Assembly: GCF_035084215.1 (NCBI RefSeq)
Contig: NC_090346.1
Span: 43,338,001-43,402,000, forward strand
Length of the DNA: 64,000 nucleotides
Source of the DNA: Heptranchias perlo
Lineage: Eukaryota
Direction of reading: 5' to 3'
Shown in pieces: positions 24,546-36,935 of the stretch (position 1 is the stretch's first letter; the number at the start of each line of letters is the position of its first letter). The position numbers and the translations under genes are program-made. Under the pieces are notes generated by a model that saw only the letters and a list, made by a program, of their open reading frames with translations, made no database searches and was not told the DNA's origin.

Positions 24546-26377
24546 AGAAGGCTGAGTTATGAGGATAGCCTGACCAAACTTGAGTTTTTCAGTCTTAAAG
24601 GAGGTGAATGAGAAGTGACAAATAAGAAAATAGAGGGTACAGAAAAGTTAAATCTGGAACACTATTTCAAGCTGAACTATGATAAGATAAGGGTACACAA
24701 ATTCAAAGTAGTAAAAGGCAAATTTAGGATTAATGCTAAGAAGTTCTTCATACACACAGAATGTTCGACGCATGGAATGGACTTCAGGTGGGGTAGTGGA
24801 GGTAAAAAAAAATCAGTCTCTGTGATGCAGTAGGCATCGCATTTGGCTGTCAATGAAAAGGTTGTTGCTTTGAAATCACTGATATTCCTGAGTGGGGTGG
24901 GTGGAATGGGTGGAATCTCGAATCATCTGTCTTTGGATGAGATGTTAAACTGACTGCCTGCTCAGGTGGATGTTAATGATTCTGTGGCACTGTTCAAAAA
25001 ATATAGTTTCCCGGTCTTCTAGCCAACATTCCTTCCTCAATCAATTCGACTCCAGAATAATTAAGAAACAGTTGGATTGTGTAATTGGAGCGGGGCCTTT
25101 TGGAGGGATAAGCAGCGAAAGGCTTGCTGGTATTCCTCGTCACATTGATCTTGTAAATGGTACTGACATGGTGGGACATACAGTATTGCTCATAGGCCAG
25201 ATAGACCGTTTAAAGGTAACTTAGTCTAACCAAAACAAAAGGCAATGTTAAGAGTGCAATAGTTGAAAGCAGGATAATGCTGGCTAAGTTATAGGCAGAA
25301 AAAGAGCTATAACTGGTTATGTGCAGAGGATGAAGGAGCAGATCAGCAGAAGAAAGTGCCTATCTGCACTGGAAGAGCGATAGCATAAATTGCTCAAACT
25401 GTAGCTGGACACACGAGAATTAGCGCAAGCATGAGTTGGCATTCTTCAAGTATGGGGCTGATGACTGAGTTTAGGAGGATGGTAGAACAAGAGAAGCTGC
25501 AGTAGCATGATCCGATAGTGGTATTAAAGCAACAATGAGTGAGATTCCAGGGGATCTGGCTCATAATTCACTACATAGTAAATTTATTAAATCTAGCCTT
25601 ATTCCAAATTATAAGGATGAGGTGATGTCGAAGACGTTTTAAAGGTGTCTGAGCTGTTAGTGGATCAAGTAACTTTGGTCCAAAAAAGTTGGTATTGTCA
25701 CTCAAAAGTAAAACAATTACTGCATCTTCACTGGTAGATCCTACACCAAGTACAGATTATAATATGATGAAACAAAATTCTGATTCATTTTAATCTCACT
25801 TCTGAACTGTATACTTTTAAGTTTAAAATACTATACAAATCCTATGATTGACACTAAAACTAGTACTAGAAATAAAAGACATATGCAAACTGCGGTTACA
25901 AGAAAATGTAATTACTTTAGCTAGTTGAATGCGTTACATAGAATTTACAGCACAGAAACAGGCAGTTCGTTTATGCCGGTGTTTATGCTCCGCACAAGCC
26001 TCCTCCCACTCTATTTACTTCACCTCCCCCTATCAACATATCCTTTGATTCAGAAAATTCTAAATCTCTAGCCCAGAGGTGGGTTGTGGCCCAGGAGTCT
26101 AAGGCAGTGGATTACAGCTTCATTTAGTTCAGGGAATCAGTTCTGCTTCCAGATATTGTAATGTTCATGTAAGTTTGGGTGCAGTTTTTAAAAAGAAGAA
26201 ATTCTCAAAAGTACTGAGTGCTAAATGTAACAAGGGCAGTTAGCTCTTTCAGTTGTACTCTTGAAGCGAATGAGGCAGTTTCCTTTGGTTGACAATATGC
26301 CATAAACATTTTTATTACAGCTTCTTGATGCTGCTATAAGAAGACAATCAGGCCTGCAAAACTTCAGTTGTAATCGA

Positions 26378-26655
26378 ATGGAGGGTGATGTGGGATTCCG
26401 CAATAGGCAAAAATGCAAGGAACAGTGGGAGGAGCTGGAGGACAGTACATTACCAGAGCCATCCTGTCAGCTCTCTGCCAATGAATTTTCCTGCCATTGC
26501 TGCTATGAAATTTTAGTAAACCCAACTACTTTGAACTGTGGACACAGTTTCTGCCGGCATTGCTTGGCACTGTGGTGGGATGCTTCCAGGAAAACAGAAT
26601 GCCCAGAATGCAGAGAGAAATGGGAGGGATTTCCTAAAGTCAACATTGTCTTAAG
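26378..26655 (+). CDS. BFAR: BFAR coding exon 1 (RING finger)
   Basis: C3HC4 RING: CHCCYEILVNPTTLNCGHSFCRHC...CPECREKWEGFPKVNIVL. Donor AG|gtacag, phase 2. Confidence 0.97.
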
Positions 26656-28307
26656 GTACAGTCAAATTTTGAATGCAACATACCTTCATGTGAACAGGAT
26701 GTCTTTCAGAAGCTCAGAGCACAATAGAATAAATGAATTAGATGAATTCCTGTTGAATGCAACAAAACACCAAGTGTAATCAAAGTAATTAATTTTGGAA
26801 ACACCTAAACTGAGTTGTTTTTTGTATGGAGGTGTGGAATTGACAATCTGCCAAGTTTTTAATGGTGAATCCCTTTTCCACTATATGATCATGGGTAACA
26901 TTTTTCCATGTGCTAGCTTTTGCTTGCAGGTCTAGTACTGTTCAACATAGTTCACTTTTGTCTGCAGTGCCTGAAGTTCCCACAGCTTTAGTTTTAACTG
27001 GCCCAAAGCAATGTTGTTGGCAGTTGCACTACCCTCCCAATTTACGTTTTGTCTACTTCTGACTCCGCTCACCTATTTTTGAAGCAACTTTTTTTGTCAC
27101 CAAAAAAACAGCTGAAACCGCATTGTGATGCCGCTATCGTTGTATGTATTATGGTCACTTGATTGCCACAGCCAATGAGCAGCAGTTATCATTGATCAGT
27201 GATGGATAAAATTTTTTAGTCTCATTGTTCCATGGGCATAGTACTCAAAACACAATGAACAGTGATTATCACAGAAAGGGTCAGCAGATTACCATACATC
27301 AGTCTGTCTGTACTACATACCTCTCAATTTTATACTAAATTTTATTTTCTACTTATGACCCTGGCAACAAAGTCTTGAAGGGATTTTTTTTGTAGTTCCA
27401 AAAAAATTGGTTGACAATGTTATGAGATTACTAGAAAGACAACCAATCTCGTGATCAGTACTGGCCATGAAGGTGCTGGAAACTAATGTACCGATGTTTT
27501 TATATTGAATAGATGGATATGTTGCACTTCATTCTTTACACATTTCAGTAATGTTTATATACACTTAGTTTTTGTTTTTTATAAGGGGAATGGAATTGAC
27601 AATCTACAAAATTTTAGCTGTGACTCCCTCTCCTCCTGATGATCATTGGTATATTATTTAATTACATGTTCGTTAATTTGATCCTTTTTTGAATAGACAG
27701 TTTGATTCACTAAAACTTGAAAATACCTTCTCCTTGATTCTCATTTAAGTGACCATTTATGTACTCTGCCTCTGCAGCTAGAAGGCTGTGTACATCCCCA
27801 AATTAAATCCTGTACGAGAATGATTGCTGTCTAGTCTAGTTCATTCATGTTGCTCGCAGAATCAATATGGGATGTGTTGCCGTTATTTGCTTGGTATCTT
27901 GTGAATTTGAACTGGGTGAAACATAGGAATTCAATGTCAGAATTCTTGATCTTGTGATGAGACTCCACGTTCCTCTGCCTAATTTTCTTTCCTGTTGGTC
28001 TTCCCTTAGTCTCCATTGCTAGGAGGATGAGGAATTTGTTTCAATCAAAATTGCACATGTATAGGTTTGATTATATTCTGATGTTTCATGACCGATCACT
28101 AACAAGAAAATGCAGAAGACCAACAGAATTTGCTTGTAGTTGCTGTTTTATTAATGCTAGCTGCTTCTTGATTTCTCTATTTTCAGCCTTCGTGGCAACC
28201 CTGTACTATGGGACATCTAGGGTTTCTCTTTTATTAAGAAAAAGTCAAATGTTTACAAGTGTTTGAGTCATTTTTGCCTTGTTTTGTCTTTCCCCCCACT
28301 TTTCCAG

Positions 28308-28506
28308 GGATGCTGTTGAGAAGCTGTTCCCTGATGATGTCACAAGACGACAGGAGGAGACACAGAACAACTTAAAAATCTCAAATAGCATTTTAGCTTT
28401 CCAGAAATACGGTAACGAACAATCAAGAGCTTTCAACCACTCGGGGGAATGGCGACGAGGAGGTGGCTTTTTCTCCGGAGTTCTAACTGCTTTAACCTGT
28501 GTGGCA
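28308..28506 (+). CDS. BFAR: BFAR coding exon 2 (RDAVEKLFPD...GGGFFSGVLTALTCVA)
   Basis: 199 nt, tttccag|...|gtaagt. Confidence 0.97.
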
Positions 28507-29507
28507 GTAAGTATCTGTTTAGAATCCTGTTACAACAGTGTCCAAACTCGTATCACTTTATACTCCAGCTAAATGATTGGATAATCTTTGACTTGGACTT
28601 AGAAGGTTTTCTAAATCAATGACATATATTTAAATGTGTTTTCCAACCTTTGTGTGATTACTAAAATTATTGCAGCATGCATAATGACTTTATAAATGTC
28701 TTTTTAATGAAAGATAGAAAACCGATTAATATCCCGTTTACACTAGAGGGTATCCTCCAATAGCTATCTTAAGTAAACAAAACTGTTCTCAGTGCTACAG
28801 AGGAAAATTGTTCAATGATTTTGCCAAGTAATTTTATTTACTTAACCATTTTATTCTTTTATCCGTTTTAACTGTTGTATCAAGTTTAGCAAAAAGATAA
28901 CAATGGAATGCCAGACTGGATTGCAATTACAGTACTGTAGAAATGGTCACACACTTGTCATGGATAACAAAGTCTATTTGTTATTCACTTCATTACAATT
29001 TATAAGTTACAGTGCAGCACAATTTTTTTTAAAAGAGGCTGTCATACACCAATCTGTTTAACAATTTCTCTGAGCATCTTTCTGCCCATTCAGCATCGCA
29101 ATTACTTTCACCTTTTTATAAGCAAGAGAAAGAACCTTTTTAGAGGTGGTGTTTCCATTATTCACAGTGACAGAATTTCTGATTCAGCTTGTTGCCAAAG
29201 GGTTTGTGTGCTGCAAAAACATGGGTAAGTTCTAAGTATCACAAAGCTTGAGCAACAGCACATGATGCAGTTTTCACACCTAGAGTGCGTGTCACATTGA
29301 TTGCCAAAAGTTCTTGAGCCCTGGCACCTGATGAGGTGAAAAAGACTCTAAAACATCACTGAATTGGTAATTTTCACACCTAGACAAAAACGCTTGTTAA
29401 AAGAACTTAACCCATGGATTGGCAAAAAAGGCTCAACACATTGGCTTTAGTGATTGTAAACAATTTTACAACACCAAGTTATAGTCCAGCAATTTTTATT
29501 TTAAATT

Positions 29508-29542
29508 CACAAGCTTTCGGAGGCTTCCTCCTTCGTCAGGTG
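29508..29542 (-). ncRNA. Minimal hammerhead ribozyme motif, inverted copy
   Basis: Exact reverse complement of 29816-29850. Confidence 0.72.
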
Positions 29543-29815
29543 AACGATGTGAAATGGTCACACACTTGTCATTCTGTCACTGTGAATAATGGAAACACCA
29601 CCTCTAAAAAGGTTCTTTCTCTTGCTTATAAAAAGGTGAAAGTAATTGCGATGCTGAATGGGCAGAAAGATTCTCAGAGAAATTGTTAAACAGATTGGTG
29701 TATGACAGCCTCTTTTAAAAAAAATTGTGCTGCACTGTAACTTATAAATTGTAATGAAGTGAATAACAAATATACTTTGTTATCCATGACAAGTGTGTGA
29801 CCATTTCACATCGTT

Positions 29816-29850
29816 CACCTGACGAAGGAGGAAGCCTCCGAAAGCTTGTG
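29816..29850 (+). ncRNA. Minimal hammerhead ribozyme motif (Penelope type)
   Basis: CAC-CTGACGA-A-GGAG(gaagc)CTCC-GAAA-GC-TT-GTG: intact core, 4-bp stem II, palindromic stem III (AAGCTT), stem I CAC/GTG. Confidence 0.75.
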
Positions 29851-30748
29851 AATTTAAAATAAAATTGCTGGACTATAACTTGGTGTTGTAAAATTGTTTA
29901 CAATTGTCAACCCCAGTCCATCACCGGCATCTCCACATCATGGCTTTAGTGAGGCAGTACAACTTTGAGTTCCGATGAAAGGTCATCGATTTGAAAAATT
30001 AACTGTTTCTTGCTCCACAGATGCTGAGTGTTTCTAGCAATTTTTTTGTTTTTATTTAAAGTTTCCAGCATCTGAAGTATTTTGCTTTTGAAATTAATTG
30101 TTTTATTCATTTAACAGGGGCTATCATTGGAAAAGATAGAAAAGGATTTATACATGGAGATTTTATTCTCTTAAATATTTTATTCTTTTCGGTTATTCAC
30201 TTAAGTGGGCTTGACTGTAGTGATACTTATCCCTAATTTTTCTGAATACAGTTGCTTTTCATAAGACTGTACAGATTCTGATAAGCAAATTCCCAAATTA
30301 CCACAGATTCTTTTTATGCCTGGTAATTATAAATGATATGTTGCACTTTGTCAAAAGTATACACTATGGCTGGGGTTCTCTGCTTCCACATTTGCAGCCT
30401 GCAATTTTACTATCCATTAATATAAATGGGGGGAGGGAAATCGTAGGCTGGTCAGTGCACAAGTGAAAACCTCCAGCCTAACAGTAGATAAAGTTGTTTC
30501 CCTTGATTTGTAATGGACTATACCACAATGAGTTTAATGTTTGTCTATTCCTTGCATTTTCCAGCTACTATACTATACTATTTAAAAATTGGCCTGTTTG
30601 TGGGTCCAGTGCAACATTGGATTTAAAGACCAAAACTTGTACATTCAAAATTGTGAATGTTGTTTTAAAAGGCAGGACATTAAAAGGTGATGACAACTGA
30701 ATTGCTATTACAGGGATATTAGCACTGAAGTTCTTTATCTTGTGCTAG

Positions 30749-30915
30749 GTGGTGTTTCTAGTTTATCTTTGGAGCAGAGAGACTGAACAAGATCTTCTTG
30801 TGCACAAACCTGTGACTAAATGGACTGCAAAGGAAGTGACTCTCTGGTTAGAGCAGCTGGGTCAATGGGCTACTGTTTACAAAGAGAGGTTTTTGGAGGA
30901 AGAAGTTAATGGAAG
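30749..30915 (+). CDS. BFAR: BFAR coding exon 3 (transmembrane end + start of SAM domain)
   Basis: 167 nt, gctag|...|gtgagg. Hand translation: VVFLVYLWSRETEQDLLVHKPVTKWTAKEVTLWLEQLGQWATVYKERFLEEEVNG. Confidence 0.97.
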
Positions 30916-31749
30916 GTGAGGCTTACTTTTTGAATTCAGCTGTACAAGGTCACTGCCTTTAATGTAATTGTGGACTCAGGCCGTTGGCAGTTTTTAAAGC
31001 ATCTACTCAGCACTTCTCCCAATAGTAGGAGTGAGAGGAAATTCAGGTGCAGGCTTCTGTCCTATACTTCCATAGCAAATTAGTACATTAAAAATCTGCC
31101 CTGCGTGACCTGCTCCAAACATATTGGAATCTCATTACCTGTCACACTATGTAGAGTTGAGATGCGTACATCTCATCTAACAAGAACAGTGAGCTCTTAG
31201 AATACTGAGGTCGTTGGTCTGTTCATCTCATGCTCTTGTTCGTAGTAGTAGGACGAGCAGGGGAAACTGTTCCCCTAATGAAGTCATTTCCTGCTATGCG
31301 ACAGATTCAGTTGACAAGTCTGCTGGTCATCAGCTTCTCGTATCAACGGCTTATCTATAAAGTCCTTGCTGTTTGGAACTAAATTTACCTTCAGTGTAGG
31401 TGGTTTTCAGAAGGTAATTTATCACTTAAAAGCAATTTGCCTCTTCGCTTTATGACCTGAACAGAATTGCCTGGCTGAAGGAATCCAAAATAGCATGAAT
31501 CTAAATGATTGATTATTTTAATTATTTTAAGAGGATTTGATTTTATTCTTCTTCTGAGAAGTAAAGATAACTGATTAATACAACCTTTTAACTTTAAAGG
31601 TCAGACCGTATAGTGGATAATATTGTTGAATATCAACATATTGAGACAGATTTGGCAGAAGATTTATCAAGTTACATTGAAGTGAAATCTTGAGTCTAGA
31701 TTGTTTGTTCAAAAACTTTCTACTCTTCATCCATTAATGTATTTTTTAG

Positions 31750-31894
31750 GCTATTATTGACTCTAGGTGAAGAAGAGTTTTCAAAGCCTCCTTTCAACAT
31801 TGAGAGAGAGCTTCATAGGAAAGCCATTCTGATGGAATTGGACAGTGTAAAAGCACTTGGAGTCAAACCCCCTCAGAATCTCTGGGAATACAAG
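31750..31894 (+). CDS. BFAR: BFAR coding exon 4 (rest of SAM domain)
   Basis: 145 nt, tttttag|...|gtaact. RLLLTLGEEEFSKPPFNIERELHRKAILMELDSVKALGVKPPQNLWEYK. Confidence 0.97.
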
Positions 31895-32420
31895 GTAACT
31901 GTTTTTGAAATGAAGCAGTCAGCATAGTGTCTTTTTTTTCCTAACGGTGCAATGAATTAACAATTTGTTTTTGTTTTATATGTGCCTTAATGACAAGGGA
32001 TTCAAATTTGTTAATCCAAAGTTCTCGGTGCTAGAGAGAGGGCTTTGTGCTATAGGAGGTGCATTTTGCATACTATCAGTCTGAGATATATAACCGTGTA
32101 CCTCCTATTTTAACTGATATTCCTAATGTGTTAAGATTTCAGTTCCATTTTTTGTTAAGATACATTATATTGTGACTGGCTAGTTGATGGTGTTGCGCTA
32201 ATCTTTATTATGGTCCTTCTACAAACCGTTGGCAATGCTGTTTGAGCATTAGTTTTTTTTGGAATAATGCAAAAGTCTGAAATGTAGCATTTGTTAAAGA
32301 TTTTGTATTTGTGTGTGTTTTATATATTACTGTAGTTACAATTATCTAAAATTAATTTTATGCTCTAAGTTTTTATTTTCTTCTCTGCTTGCTGTCGAAT
32401 ACAAATACTTATTTTTTCAG

Positions 32421-32597
32421 GCAATGCATGTAGGCAAATCACTGTTTCTGCTATATGCACTGAAGAGCTCCCCACGGCTGACCATGCTGTATCTCTACCT
32501 ATTTGATTACTCAGAAATATTTCTCCCACTTATCCACACCATTTCTCCTGAGAAAACTGAGATGACTGAGGATGCAGATATTTTTCGCAAGTACTGG
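32421..32597 (+). CDS. BFAR: BFAR coding exon 5
   Basis: 177 nt, ttttcag|...|gtaaga. AMHVGKSLFLLYALKSSPRLTMLYLYLFDY... Confidence 0.96.
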
Positions 32598-34695
32598 GTA
32601 AGAAGTACAGGCATTTTGTTACTTGTTTCCTAAAGGAAGCAATTATTTAAGGAAAGAATCTATTTATATTAGTTGCTTGTTCCCATTGTGAAGCACCTTG
32701 GGCCAATTTTTTGGGTTGAAGACATTATATAAATGTAAGCTCTTGTTGAGTTACTGGACAGTAATCCAGAGTTGAATCCAGGCCATTCCCTCACTCCCCT
32801 GCCTTGGGCCACAGATGTAAATTATAACGTCCTTGGCTGAGATTCTTAAATGAGCACCAAGTGGGACTTTGCTGATTTTATGTGTCAGTACCATGTCATG
32901 TGATGGATTTATCCATTGGGAAGCTGATATCCACTATAGATGACCTATTTTTCATCAGAGAACTTCAGTTACCATTTTTAAGCCTTCACATTTAGCATAA
33001 AGCCAATCATTCTAAGTGGGAGATGCTAGCCGAGGCCTTCCCGCCCACTGCCAATTTTTCAGCAGATCTGGGACAGTCAGGCAGAAAACAATTTGACTAT
33101 GTGCTGTTCTGCATCCTCACTGCTTTCTGGTGGTTGGTCTAGTCAGCGGAAGCTGCACTTGCTCATGTGTCAACCAAAAGCACACAAAGAATGGTAACAT
33201 GTTTCTGCCATGTTACCTATCATCTGTACTCTTTGAACACTGGATTCAGGAGCCATCTGCTGGACCCTACTTTAGAGTTTGGCAATGAGAGCACCAGGGC
33301 CTGCAGCCTGTGCGTGGCTGCTGGGCGCACGACCCCGCACCGTACCCATCGTTGAAAAGAGAGCTTTCAAAGCTAATTTTTTTTTTAATTGGCAGCATGC
33401 CGGGCACCTTCATTTTCCTGCTGCAGTGGCTACCAGAGGCTGCCTGGTACAACTTCCTGGCAGAGGGTGGGGAAGCCTATATGTAAATAGGCCTGGGCCA
33501 ACAGGACATCTGCAGTGCGGGCTGAAATCCCACCTTGCTGGAGATGCACCTCGATCCCTGGGAGTGGGAGGGGATTGAAAGTCGTAGACTTTTGTGTTTA
33601 CCCATGCTTGGAATGCCATCAACCTTTCTTGAGGGACTAACTTCTGCACTCCTTGTATTCTGCTCGTTTCCGCACTTTCTCAGTTCTTCCTTTGGGTTTC
33701 CAATTGTGATTTACCCTGAAGGTGTATCTTTCCACACTTGAAGAACAGCCCTAAATGGGATGACCAGGATTAAGACAAGTGCATTTGAAAGTGTATATAC
33801 TCCCTGTTGTCAGTGATACACAGAAGCATGGAGTTGACTGGGACTGATTTTTGCGCTATAAAAATGTATGATTGTTGTGTCCATTTGACCAATCATCCCA
33901 GAACAGTGGGTCATCATGTGACTTACTGGCGGTGCATTTAACCAAAAAAAAATCTCTGGGATGCAACCACTATGAGGATTACCTGCATCCTGGCCACTAT
34001 TAAAGTTAAGGTAGATTATAACAATAATACAAAAGGAAATGAGCCAATGAAACTGCACGTTGAAATAAATAACACTCAATTTTAAATCGATTTCCCCAGC
34101 CCTGATGCTGGGTTTGCTGTGGCCTGCTGTCGTGCCATATTCCTACTCGTACACTAACTTTACACACACCCTCACTGTTACGCATTTGAGGGCTGATTGT
34201 GGCCATTACATCCCTCCATATTAGACTTCAGCTCTTCCCTGACCTCAACCTAATCATCTCCTGACTTGGTACAGCCTCAACTTCAGCAACAAGAGCTGCA
34301 AGATGCCTAGACCTTCCATTGACACCTCAATTTTCCTTCCATGTTCCTCCACCACCCCCCGCCCGCCCCTACCGGGCCAGAAGCACTGCTTGGCCACATC
34401 CTGAGGTAAGTAGTGCGATCAACTGAATGGGAGACCCACCAATCAGTGAACTGATTTCAGTGATGTTTTTAATTAGTTTCATACTTCTGGTACTTGTTCT
34501 CCAAGAATATGATTAGTGCTACAAACTACCTATCTACCACATCTTTTTGTTTACAAATGTAAATGGTTTGATATTACAGTTTACTGAATGAATATCTTGT
34601 GAAGTATATTTTGAAATTTCATTCTTTGTTATAAAATCTCTATTTTTGAATTTTCTTGAATATGTGCAATTACTTTGACAATCTTTCTTTTAAAG

Positions 34696-34895
34696 TCTGA
34701 TGATATCAGCTTGAAGCAATGGGCTGAGTTCCTTGTGAAGTACTCCCTGATACCATATCAATTAATTGCTGAATTTGCTTGGGATTGGTTGGACGTGCAC
34801 TACTGGACATCACGTTTTATAATTGTCAATGCAATGCTTCTATCAGTCCTGGAAGGCTTTGCATTCTGGAGACTCTGGTCAAGAGGAGGACTCAG
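34696..34895 (+). CDS. BFAR: BFAR coding exon 6
   Basis: 200 nt, ttttaaag|...|gtagat. KQWAEFLVKYSLIPYQLIAEFAWDWLDVHYWTSRFIIVNAMLLSVLE. Confidence 0.96.
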
Positions 34896-35479
34896 GTAGA
34901 TTAGAATTGAAGTTATTGCTACCGTGTTGTTAATGAGTAGCTAAAAGTGATTCTCCCCTGAAACTTGAGTACATAAAAACTGATTGTTGTATTTGAATGT
35001 ACAGGCTAAAATGCTGACCTACCTTTTTAGTTCTTTCCTCTGAATTTCAATAATGTCTTAACTAGTGCTGACAAAGAAAGGAGGTACAGATAAACAATCA
35101 AATGGGAGATGAATGGACTTCTGTAAAGGATTTATCACCTTTTAAGTTTCTTGGGGTCTGATTGATTTTGGTTAAATCATCAATATATTTAAAATGAAAA
35201 CCACTACTCATACAGATTCCATATACTGTATGTTTAAGATTTCATTTTTAAATGCTTTAGAATTTTCTGATTAATTCAGTATAAACATTCATCAGAGTAG
35301 TGAATCTTTCCACCTTCCTTCTGTTCCCAAATATTAGATTTATTACTCTGATTAAAGTATACACTTTGTCATGGGTGTTCAGCTTTGCCAAAATTGCCCA
35401 AAGTCTTGAATGCCATCCTTTATGATTGTGATACATCATCCTTATCCTTCTTGATTTTATTAAAAGAAATTTAAAAATT

Positions 35480-35985
35480 GCCACAGTGTTTGGCATAGTT
35501 GACCACATCACCCTCCTCTGTTGCCTAGCTCCATGGGACGACCCTTGAATGGTTGGATTTCTGCCTATCCAAATACAGCCAGTGCAATCTCCATCAATGG
35601 CTTGCCTTCCTTCTCCTGCACAGTAGTGTCCTGAGCCACCAGGGATTTACCCATGGTCCTGTCCTCTTCATCTACATGCTGCATGTCGACAATGTCATCT
35701 ACAGGCTAACTTTCACATTGTATGCTAATGACCTCTCCACCACCTCTTGACCCTTTGGCTGTCAGTGCTGTCAGACTGGTTGTCTCACGTCAAGTCTTGG
35801 ATGATTCATAACTTCTTCAAAAGTCATCGTATTCGGTCCCGACCACTAACTCTGCTCCCTTGCATACTGCTTCCGTTCCCCTCCTTGGCCACTCTCTCAG
35901 GCTGAACCAGACCATTTACAACTTTGCCGTCCTTTTTTACACTTGAGCTGAGCTTCAAATTTTCACATCCTATCCATCAATTTTA
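35480..35985 (+). mobile_element. Degenerate L2-type LINE RT fragment
   Basis: Remnants of GP(V)LFIYML and LYA(D)D motifs and the WM..NF motif, with frameshifts. Confidence 0.7.
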
Positions 35986-36068
35986 CGACATCGTATTTTA
36001 AACCTAAATTAGTATCCCAATAATTTTTATCCTTGGATCGTGCAAATAATTGAAATGTTCTTTTCTAG

Positions 36069-36261
36069 GACTATTCCTCAGAAAATGTGGAGTCATTTCT
36101 GGAAGGTATCAAGCCAAGGAATCCTTGTTGCTATTCTATGGCCAATTATTCCTCAATTTGTTTGTGACTGTTTATTTTACTGGGCTTTGTACTTCAATCC
36201 AATCATAAATATCGACCTGGTAGTCAAGGAAGTCCGGCGTTTAGAAACTGAAGTACCATGA
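36069..36261 (+). CDS. BFAR: BFAR final coding exon (to TGA); spliced CDS 1359 nt = 452 aa
   Basis: ttctag| then RTIPQKMWSHFWKVS...YWALYFNPIINIDLVVKEVRRLETEVP*. All phases close. Confidence 0.97.
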
Positions 36262-36929
36262 ACATTTGTGACGAAAATGGAGCTGTCACATTACGTGCCC
36301 AAGAACAACTTACTACAACAGAAGTATTAATGGTGTACATATTTGTAAACACACTGTTTCACAGTTTCTAGGTATTTGCAACCACATACTGAAGCAAAAT
36401 GTTCAGAAATGACTGTATAATTCAGAGTTTGAAGAACTAAAATATTAAATCTGTATAAAGAAGAAAACCAACACTTGCTCTATTCAACTGTGTAGGAGCT
36501 AATATGCTATAACTGTGGACTTATTACCATTCAGTCAGGGTGTTGTTCAGTACCAATTGCTGCAATTACCACATTCATGACTTTAAGCAACCAATTTGCC
36601 TGCAGTTTTCACTTTTACATTTCTTCTTTAATTAAACATCCTTCTACTCTCAAATTTCACCCAGCAAAGTAATTGCTTTTTTGGGGGAAGTCGTCTTGTA
36701 TAATCCAATAATACTTGTAATTCTGCAAACCACTTGTGCCAAGTCACCCTTTAAGTTTTAATGTATATCAAGGGCTACAGTACATCATGTATCATAATGT
36801 AAATTGTGGACAGAAGACAAAGTTGCAACTCCAATATTTAACACCTGTCTTCGTAAATTTATTTAGTTGATTTGATTTTTTTTTAAGTTGAATATGGATT
36901 CTGTGATCATTTTTGTAATTAATTTGTTA

Positions 36930-36935
36930 AATAAA
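36930..36935 (+). terminator. Candidate BFAR polyadenylation signal
   Basis: AATAAA ~670 nt after the stop codon, followed by T-rich sequence. Confidence 0.55.

Larger units (their letters stand above)
29454..29940 (+). mobile_element. Penelope-like retroelement 3' fragment with inverted 5' copy and captured host DNA; 12-bp TSD
   Basis: TSD TGGCTTTAGTGA at 29442-29453 and 29941-29952. Arms 29453-29572 and 29786-29904 are inverted copies. Hammerhead core present. 29571-29807 is the reverse complement of 28940-29176. Confidence 0.85.

Noticed and set aside
25764-25805. C/D-box snoRNA-like ATGATGA...CTGA
   Set aside because: Only ~42 nt between the outer box ends and no terminal stem.
29325-29360. 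CACCTGATGAGG... third hammerhead near the Penelope insertion
   Set aside because: Stem II and the GAAA core cannot be formed convincingly; at most a decayed remnant.
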